DNA of 64,000 bases from Tubiluchus corallicola (taxonomy: Eukaryota; Animalia; Priapulida), in the NCBI GenBank assembly GCA_030141605.1, contig JAQGDQ010000484.1, positions 62,001-126,000 on the forward strand, written 5' to 3'. Below the pieces are notes generated by a model. The model ran no database searches and had not been told where the DNA came from. It saw nothing but the letters and a program-made list of their open reading frames with translations. Shown one piece after another: positions 55,271-64,000 of the stretch. The translations under genes and the position numbers were made by a program. Every line of letters begins with the position of its first letter. Within the stretch, counting starts at the first letter, position 1.

Positions 55271-56999
55271 AAGCATTTGTCAACGCTTCACTAGCACTGT
55301 AATTACCAGTTCCATTACTCCGTTACCAAATTTTCCCAGTACGACAATTTTTCTATATCGAAAATTCCTAATACAGTAGCAAATTTTCCAGGTTAAAAAT
55401 TTACTCTTACCAAACTTTTTATTAGTTTTTTTATTACAAATATCGCAACCTATAGGCTGGATATGTTATTCTTGTACATATATAATTATTGCTAGCTTCA
55501 TAATAATTACATTTTCATTTTGAGTAGAACTACATTTTAAGCCTTGAAAATATGTAATGGCCACCAATAAATAAAAATATAAACAAAATGAACCTAAAAA
55601 CTGCATCAACAGTCCATGTTTAGAATTAAATATACAGCAACAATTTATCCAAGACTCCATGCTTCCCTATTTATATCTGATAACAGTGCTTAGACAAATT
55701 GCGTCTTATTTGCCAAGATAAGTTGTCTGTTTGTTTGCATCAGTTTGCCGTGATTAAGGTACAAAGGTCAGTCTTGATATCAAGATAAGCAATATGCACA
55801 AATTTTACTATCACAGCTTGTGGAATTATTATTCGCTAGAACGTTCTACTATCTGGTACACGTTTACGTGCTTGAAAATAAAATAAAGCATGAGACCATT
55901 TTGTATGCTGTTTGCATGATATTTTTGATACACAATATAAATTAGCCACTTCGGTTTTTCTGCTACCTGACTAAATGATTACAGTGAGAAGTGTTTTTGA
56001 TTGTTGAAATGGAAAAAAATCCAGGAACTTATTCACAGTGTGTCAGACGCCAATCAAAAATCGGAACTCGAGGCGTTACTAACTGGTTACCAATTTGCTC
56101 GTCTTGGTGCAGACAGAACACAATGGCTCAACAAGCTGCTACATGCTGCAACTCGCGTTAACATGCCTGAACTTGTTGATGAACTTCTCAACAGAGGAGC
56201 AGAAATAGAAAGTCTATCACCAGTCACTAGAAAACTATTAGATTCAGATTATATTACTCGAGATTATGAGGGAGGAACCCCCCTTGAAGCTGCTTGTTCT
56301 TTGGGACATACTTCTCTTGTTGAGCAACTCATTGAACGGGGTGCTGAAATAAACTGTCTTTCTAGGACTGAACGGTCGCCTTTAATATTAGCAGCTTGGC
56401 AGGGACATGCAGAAATTTGTGAAATGCTGTTGGTTCATGGAGCAGAAGTTGATACATTCCCAGAAAAGTTTAAAATACGACCTATACAGTATGCATCATC
56501 GGCAGGCCACACTGAAATAGTGAAGCTGTTAATTAAATATGGCGCCAAAATTGATGAACATCCTTACATTTCAGTTGATGGTGCTCCGCCTCTCCATAAT
56601 GCAGCAAGAAAACCAGCATTTTGAAACTCTTGTTTTTCTGCTTCTCAAAGGTGCAAATGTCTTCTACCTATACACAACAGGTGATACCGCTCTGCATATG
56701 GCAGCAAGGCAAGGAAATGTTCATTGTGCAGCACTTCTGATGTTTGCGGGCTCTGACATTCTGGCAGAAACTAATTATGGTGAGACCCCACTTTCCATAG
56801 CAAGTATGAAAGGTAGACTGGATGTTCTTAAACTAATATATGAAAGTATGCTAGAGAGGTATTTACACAAAGTAGTGAAACAGATAGTAAATAAACTTTA
56901 CAATGGAGAAAGTTTAATACATCTGGCTTGTCAAAATGCTCACTTGTCAGCTCAAAGTGTAGACGTTGTTAAATACCTCATTGATGTAGGTGTTCAGAC

Positions 57000-57779
57000 C
57001 TAAGTTCTCTATAAATCCACTTTCAACAACAGCAAATGTGGGTTCAACTTTTGTTTTTGATTCGACTGGTTTGAGCACGTAGTGATAATGCTTGACATAC
57101 TTTGGCCATTTATCATTGGCATTTTTTGGTACTCCCTCTTCTTCAGCACATGGTGTCACATCTACAGAGACTGCTATTTTTTTGTTTGGCAACAGAACAC
57201 ATAATTTCAAACATGTACGGACTTTGTTCGATTGCTCTACACGTGAAAAGCTGTTTGGCACAATTTTTTCTTTAAATTTCTTTTCTTGCAAAGCTGTTGC
57301 CATGGCTCTGTACAGGGACTGGGAAAACATCTTCTTTAATTCTCATAAACCTGCTGTGAAATCTCTGTGCAGCTTTTCATATTGTACCACAACAAAAAAA
57401 TCAAATTCATCTGGCTGGCCAATCTTTACTCTACAAGCTGAACTGCCAACAAATTTGGGCCAACATCTTATGTGATGATTTTTGTAAAGAATTTAACAGC
57501 ATCTAACAATTTCCTTATATTGGTTCTAATACCGTCAAATTCTTCCACATTTGAAATTGTTCCCAATCCAGGCTCGGAAACCAAGTCCTTTAGAGGCAAT
57601 CCACAAATGTTTTTTGACACAGCTTCATCATCCCCTGTGACAGAAAGCTTTGAAGACACCTCTTGCCACATTTGAAAGTACCGATAAGAAAGAAAAAGTC
57701 CTGCAATTTGTTTATAATTTCGGTTCAATGCTTTTTCGTAAGCTTGTCGGATGCACATATCATAAGCCGTTTGACCGTA
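57000..57779 (-). pseudogene. Inverted segment encoding last ankyrin motif and cGAS-like NTase core
   Basis: Minus-strand translation YGQTAYD...FVGSSACRVKIGQPDEFDFFVV...VSVDVTPC...FAVVESGFIENL; motif at 57400-57447, third acidic residue at 57160-57162. Confidence 0.87.
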
Positions 57780-58188
57780 AGATGGTGTTGATCCTCATAA
57801 AGATGCTAGTAAAGCCTGTCCTGTATCGTTGCAACAAAGAAATACATTTAGTTCCCAGTCATGATGGTTTAAGATTCCATTCCAGTTTGGTCAGTTTAGA
57901 TGTCAACTTGCCAGAATTATACAGAGCAATAAAGTATCAACCAAATAAGGTCATTGACTCTTACATGTTAAAAGTGGCCTTCTTGCACGAAGTGGTGACC
58001 ACTAAAGATGACTGGGGCACAGAAAACTTGAAAGCTCGAGCTGTCTCTATATTCCAGTACATTGAGCACTGTTGCCGAGAAGGCGCAATGTTTCACAAAC
58101 TGCTAAATGATGTCAATATCTTAGAAGATCTAAAACATAAAGAAATGAGTGACATTCCATTGTTAACATTGGCAGACGATGCAGCACG

Positions 58189-58575
58189 CAGGGCCTATTT
58201 CAGCCTTGGCGAGGCCCGGGGAAGTGGGGCGTGTAAGGGGGGGGCGAAGCGCCGGGGGCCGGGTGCCACCATGGTTGGCGCCCAGAAAATTTTTGAACTG
58301 CTAGAACGTTGGAGAAGCATTTTCGAAGAGAAAATATGGAGTGATACAGTTGTTAAAGGAAAGAACAATTGAAAGAAAAACTGCTTTATTGTCAAGACCA
58401 GTCCTTAATACTTGCCAATACAGGCAAACGGCGCGTGTGCGGCAAGAGAGAGTGTGACAGGGAGAGAGGAGGCAGTATGTTTGCATAAAGCAAAAAAAAA
58501 AGCTACCTTAGCGCGAGGCCCCCCTGGAGGGTGAGGCCCCGGGGAAGTATCCCTCCCCCCTTGAAATAGGCCCTG
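58189..58575. mobile_element. hAT-type MITE inserted in ANK-cGLR coding sequence
   Basis: Perfect 14-bp TIR CAGGGCCTATTTCA / TGAAATAGGCCCTG; perfect 8-bp TSD gcagcacg; removal restores the frame DDAARAIEKK...QQSAS*. Confidence 0.95.
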
Positions 58576-58893
58576 GCAGCACGTGCTATAGAAAAGAAAT
58601 TAACTGATGGCACCATACCATCAAATGAAGGTCTAATGGAACCAAAGTTTGAAAAGTACCGTGCTATGCTGAAAACACATGCACTAAATCAGGGAGAAGG
58701 AAAATTGATCAAGGTGGCAATTGAGAGTGTTGATTTGTATTTAAGAAACATTTGGGATGGGATAGATGAAAGGAATAAGAAACAGCAAAGTGCATCTTAG
58801 AAATGCATTTGTCATTTGGTCAAATCTAGTCATCAGAAATCCAATGTTTTAACACTACCATATATGGGAAGTCCAGCAGATACAGGTGACTAA

Positions 58894-59690
58894 ACCCAAT
58901 GATACACGGCCGCCAAGATACACAAACCGGCCGACGTCGGCCGTGATAAAACGACCGCCCAAATTAGACTATATTAATTTCAAATCAAAGATGATACACG
59001 GAATTTATCGAAGTGGTGGGGAAGACAACAGCCGGCCTAAAGTAGAAATGAGTTCTATTTTGTACGGTGTACGCCGGCCGGACAAGTATTTAATCCAATC
59101 AGGGATCAATATTACAGTGTTGGTTTTTACTTTGGCGGCAAAGTATTGGGAAACGACGTGCATGAATGCTGTAAGATGGTTTATGTTAAGTGAATTTAAA
59201 ATTTAAACCGGGAATAAGACTCGCATCACGCATTTAACGGAACCATTAAAATTTGATTTAATAAATTTTCTATTTTATTTACAAGATACAAGAAATATTG
59301 CAGTTTTTAGCTTACCCTTATGCAACGGTTCAATAGCATGCAAGATGAAATGTTAATGTGATGGACGAAATCAGAACATTTCACAATTTTTTAAAAATCA
59401 AACCAAATTACGTATGTATGGCTGAATTTCAGGAGACTCCGGGCTAAATCAGGAGTGGTGGGAGCCCTAATAGTGACACAAAAATTGAGCTTAAAAAACA
59501 AGATAATCTCGTAAATAATTGACTATAGATCAAATTTTCAACATTAGAACACTATCAATAAGTCCTAAAAGTAAATGCCGGCGAAATCTTTGGTTCTACT
59601 GCCTCGCTCTCTTTTATACAGACGGAAGTGTATCACATCTGTCGACATCCGCCGAGCGGCCACGTAGAAGGCGGCCGTGTATCATTGCCT
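58894..59690. mobile_element. PIF/Harbinger-like MITE
   Basis: TIR core caatgatacacggccgcc / ggcggccgtgtatcattg; flanks TAA / TAG. Confidence 0.7.
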
Positions 59691-60900
59691 TAGCAGCATT
59701 GACCAAGGCCGCAACCTGGATTAAGCTAGACCCAGTTCAATAACAACTAATTTTAAATGTAGATGGCAGCACATATTAAGCTATTATTGTAGTACTTTAA
59801 ATGAAGAATCGCAAATGTGCGACAGTAGGAGTGTTAGGTTACTTTTGACAATTTTGACAATTAATATGATTAAAGGAACAGTTAACATGTTTTATCCTTC
59901 TACAAGTGACTTTTTTGTAACTCTGTCGCTAAAAGTAACAACTTGTGACCTTACCATTTTTGTTTTTCTTGGCTGTCTGCTATAGGGGAGTGTCATGGAA
60001 ACAAATTTCCACGAGTGAAAATTATGTTTACATGTGAAAAATTTCGGTTTCCACCATTGGATGCCGGGAGAAATGATTGGAGTATGACTTTGTTGTGTGT
60101 TCATACTTCTAAAGAAAAGTCATACTAGAAAGTTTATTGTAACGGTAGTTTTATTGTGAAAATTCCACTACGACTTCACGTCAAATGACAATGGCCTAAC
60201 ATAGAATTTAAAGTTGTTTGACAACAAGCCTGCACGCCTGACCAGTAAGAACTGTATGACCTAACTTTTATATCCTCTCGCACTAACAGCTGATACAGCA
60301 AAATATTGTTTCAAAGAAGGAAAAGAAAATGTATGAAACATTCTATGTCAGACTAAATATGAGTCCCAAGTACAAAACTTGGAAACTTATTAAGATACTT
60401 GTAGAAGAACTACTTTCCATAACTTGCTTTCTAATGTGATTTCTACATATATGTAGATTTTTTTAGATTTATAAACATAGAAGCTATATAATATATATCA
60501 TAGCTTCTATGTGTAAAAGTGTAAAAAACCTTTATGTAAAAATTAATAGAAAAGTGTAATAAAAGTTATTTATGTAATAGACTATGTAATAAAAATGCCT
60601 AGAATATTGTAGGATGCCTAGGCATTTTATAGAGTGCCGTAAAACCAGATAAGGTGTCTAAAATAACTCCTTCGACACTTATCTTAGGCACTATCTATGA
60701 TGCAAACGTCTCTCTAGGCAAAGTGTTCTAAATTCGTACATTCTAAATATACCTTTCCTAGGCATTTTATAGAATGCTAAATAAACTTTAGTTCAATTGT
60801 TCTGATGTAATTTTTGTAGGCATTTTACATAACTACAATTTTATTTTAAGGACTGTGAGAAATTGAAGCAAATGATGTTTCAATGCGCTTGGTAGGAGAT

Positions 60901-61035
<135 letters not shown>

Positions 61036-61407
61036 ATTTTTAGGAAAACTGGATTAATGAGTCCGTGCGTAGCATTAAGAACGTTCATATGCATAACTTA
61101 CGAAGAAAATCGTTCGTATGAACATCACTAAATCCATCTGCAGTATTAATCCTAGCTGTGGAAAGTGATCCATCTGATTGAGCAGCATGTCAGACATAGT
61201 GACGTTGCACTTATTACCAGCAAAACATATATTTAAACTGCTTGCTTAGTTTAGTACTTTGACAATCAAAGTTCGATTGATGCATTCTATGCAATGCTTG
61301 GCTAAGTAGTGTATATACCTAGGACAAGTTCGCTTCAACGAGTAATGCTCATTTTACACTTTGCCAAAGTCACTTTACGCATTTTACATAAATCCTAGCT
61401 ACAGTAT

Positions 61408-61863
61408 CAGGGGCAGATACAGATTTAGAACACCGGTGGGGGCGGATACAGGTTTTAGAACAACGGTGGGCCCTACAGAAAAGCAGTTAGGGGTCTGGGG
61501 GAGCGGTATAAGCTTCCCAGCGAGGTCCACCCAGACAACAATATATTTTACTGCATTTCAGACCACTTTTATGCCTTCTAGAAGCCATTTCGTCAAGGAA
61601 GCTCACTAGTTTAGAACAGGTGTCACCTGATTCAAAATTACAGACCAATATGGAATACATATAGCATACACGATCCACATAACTTTCACTTGTTTTCTTG
61701 TGATATATGATTTTTACAGATATATGATAGAAGGCACCTTTAGGATTTAGCAAATCGTTGTAATGCTTATAATTCAGAGAAAATATTAATTTGGTGAGTT
61801 GTAACTGTTACTGTGAAAGAGAGGACCAAGTCCCCTTGGTCCCAACCCCTAAATCCGCCAGTG
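61408..61863. mobile_element. Possible hAT-type MITE
   Basis: Ends CAGGGGCAGATACAG / CTAAATCCGCCAGTG; no clear TSD. Confidence 0.45.
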
Positions 61864-62268
61864 ACTATCCACAAATTGTCTAGGTAACGTGTGAAAAAAA
61901 TCACCTCGAAAAGATTTATTTCACACTTTTCCCGAAATGCATAAACATTATAATGAAATACCTAAAATTTTTATAAAATGTCTAAGTGTCTGTAACATGC
62001 TTAGACTTTGGACTAATTATACAAACTTGCTCGCTTAACAACTAAGAACTATAATGACCTCATGGCCTTGACTTTTATTGAAAATCCTCTCACATTAAGA
62101 AAACGCCGAGGCTACATTTTCCTCATACAGCTGTGCGTTTTGCATGTCAGGATCAGGCGCACAGTACATACTTAACGTAGCTGTGGTAGGACCGAAACAT
62201 AACCAGTTGTTAAACGTGATAGTCTCAGATGAGATACTGAGATAGATGTGAATTAGCCACACTGTTTA

Positions 62269-62415
62269 CACAACAAACAAACAAACAAACAAACAAACAA
62301 ACAAACAAACAAACAAACAAACAAACAAACAAACAAACAAACAAACAAACAAACAAACAAACAAACAAACAAACAAACAAACAAACAAACAAACAAACAA
62401 ACAAGCAAACAAACA
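62269..62415. repeat. (CAAA)n microsatellite
   Basis: Direct reading. Confidence 0.97.
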
Positions 62416-62725
62416 AGAAATTTTTAGTATTTTCCAATGTATACATGACTTTATTTTTCCTACTAAGCGCTTACAATAGTTTACATCTGATATGAGATGC
62501 ACCAATCTTAAATATTCATACATTAATATTTTTTTAATTGTCATTTGGTACTAATGTCTAATGTAATCTTGTAGTAAAACTTGTCAGCTTGTGTAGCTAT
62601 AGTCCATTCTTACTGTAAATGTTTTTGTAAATAGTGTATAAAGTCTGTTGTGGTGAAGATCCTAAATCATGTTGTTCAAACTGTCTGATCCAATCCTATA
62701 ATAAATCATGTTTAAATTAAATTAA
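62415..62725 (+). mobile_element. LINE family E 3' end
   Basis: Matches 16005-16290 and 37256-37530. Confidence 0.8.
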
Positions 62726-63061
62726 ATGCATACAAACGCAGTAAGGCAGGTGAAACCACCCAGAAAGCAGTTTTCTAGGCGGTCACCCATCTCAAAGTGC
62801 AAAGTTAGGCAATGGCAGACCTGCTTAGTAAATAGATTTTTTCAGCTAAGTCTCACAGACTAATGATTCAGCAAGCTCACGATAACTATCAACAAGAAAA
62901 AAACAGGAATTGAATTGAACTGAGATTTTAACATTGATGAGATCAGTGTTAAAGCGGCTGGACTCTTCCGGGTCCTTTAGGTTTGTATTTCCTTTCTTTA
63001 GTTTTCGTATACTAAATTTTGTGATTATTTTTCAATAATTAGATACCTTAAGATGGTGATA

Positions 63062-63410
63062 CCAAACTGTAGCTTCAATTTTGTTAGACAATGTTTAAAT
63101 TCAATTTCAAATTCAGTTTATTTCACCATCAAACAAGCAAGATCGTATTAAGTGAAGTTTAAATGATGGGAGCAAACTGTAACTTCAATTTTGTTAGTGT
63201 CTGTAGTAACAGCCATCACACATACTTTACACCGCACCATGAGAGAAACAGTGGTTAAATTCAAATTCAAATTCAGTTTATTTCACCATCAAACATGCAG
63301 GATCGTATTAAGTGAAGTTTAAATAACGGGAGCAAACTGTAACTTCAATTTTGTTAGTGTCTGTAGTAACAGTCATCACACTTTCTTTACAGCGCACCAT
63401 GACAGAAACA
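63062..63410. repeat. ~160-bp tandem duplication
   Basis: aaattcagtttatttcaccatcaaaca...gggagcaaactgtaacttcaattttgttagtgtctgtagtaacag occurs twice, with a partial third copy. Confidence 0.85.
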
Positions 63411-64000
63411 ATGTTGTTCCAGTTATCATCATCATCTCCTCAACCACCACCGTCATCAGCATCCCCAGCATCATTCAGTTTCTCGCTTGTTTCACTTTTG
63501 ACAGAGTCATTTTCTCATTGCTTATTTCAAACGGTGCAAAAATAAATGACTTTCATACCTGTGTTAGTTTCTAATATAATTCTTAGTTTCACTAATAGCT
63601 CATCAAACCTTTAATTGTTTTAACTACATCGGGACTCGAACATAATAAACTGTCAACCCTTTCCATCTTTAATTAGAATCCTGTAATTAGTATTAAATCA
63701 CAGGTTAGTCAATGTTGAAAATTAATTAGACGTTATAATTTGATGAGTATCTATTAGTATATAGTTTATTTCACCAGCAAACAAGCAAGCTACAATAAAT
63801 ATACATGTACAACTTTTTCGTATAATTGAAAAAATAAAATAATTTCTGACTCCTTAGAAATACTATATTAAAATGTTGAAGTTTGCTATGGTACCATAAA
63901 GGAGACCGTGTTAAGCCGCCATGAAATGTGAAACAAAAGAAGGAAAAATGAAGATGAAGAGAAGAATAAAGAAGAGCTATGTTGCAGTTAGTAGAAAAAA

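Larger units (their letters stand above)
56009..58800 (+). pseudogene. Ankyrin-repeat + cGAS/Mab-21-like nucleotidyltransferase (ANK-cGLR), disrupted
   Basis: About 8 ankyrin repeats on + (56009-57000); NTase core on - (57000-57779); Mab-21 C-terminal helices KMVLILIKML and SYMLKVAFLH on + (57780-58800) after removing the MITE; 1-nt indels in A-runs and one TGA. Confidence 0.88.

Noticed and set aside
57000-57779. Programmed, reversible DNA inversion switch (phase-variation-like)
   Set aside because: No inverted recombination sites at the junctions, apparent codon loss at the breakpoints, no recombinase nearby, and independent inactivating lesions.
57650-58372. 240-aa ORF as an independent gene
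   Set aside because: Chimera: the N-terminus is antisense of the inverted segment, the middle is the Mab-21 C-terminal region, and the C-terminus reads into a MITE.

Overview
AT-rich, repeat-dense genomic DNA from an invertebrate animal (spliceosomal introns, microsatellites, MITEs, LINE remnants); the species cannot be named from sequence. Five apparently intact genes are present: a 3-exon CAB39/MO25 (-), a single-coding-exon GT31 beta-1,3-galactosyltransferase-like gene (+), a small secreted protein with a 4-cysteine LDLa module split over 2-3 exons (-), a 25-finger C2H2 zinc-finger gene with an 870-bp internal duplication (-), and a GH18 chitinase (+). The most notable feature, hidden from the ORF track, is an ankyrin-repeat + cGAS/Mab-21-like nucleotidyltransferase (cGLR) gene at ~56.0-58.8 kb. 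Its catalytic core lies on the opposite strand (a ~780-bp internal inversion), and it also carries homopolymer frameshifts, a nonsense codon and a hAT MITE. Also present: a bipartite RTE-derived retroposon family in which one copy has a 5S rRNA head, a ~150-bp tandem repeat carrying a 5S internal-promoter-like core, and a recurrent unexplained ~20-bp motif. Coordinates were read by eye; repeat boundaries are approximate and no database search was run.
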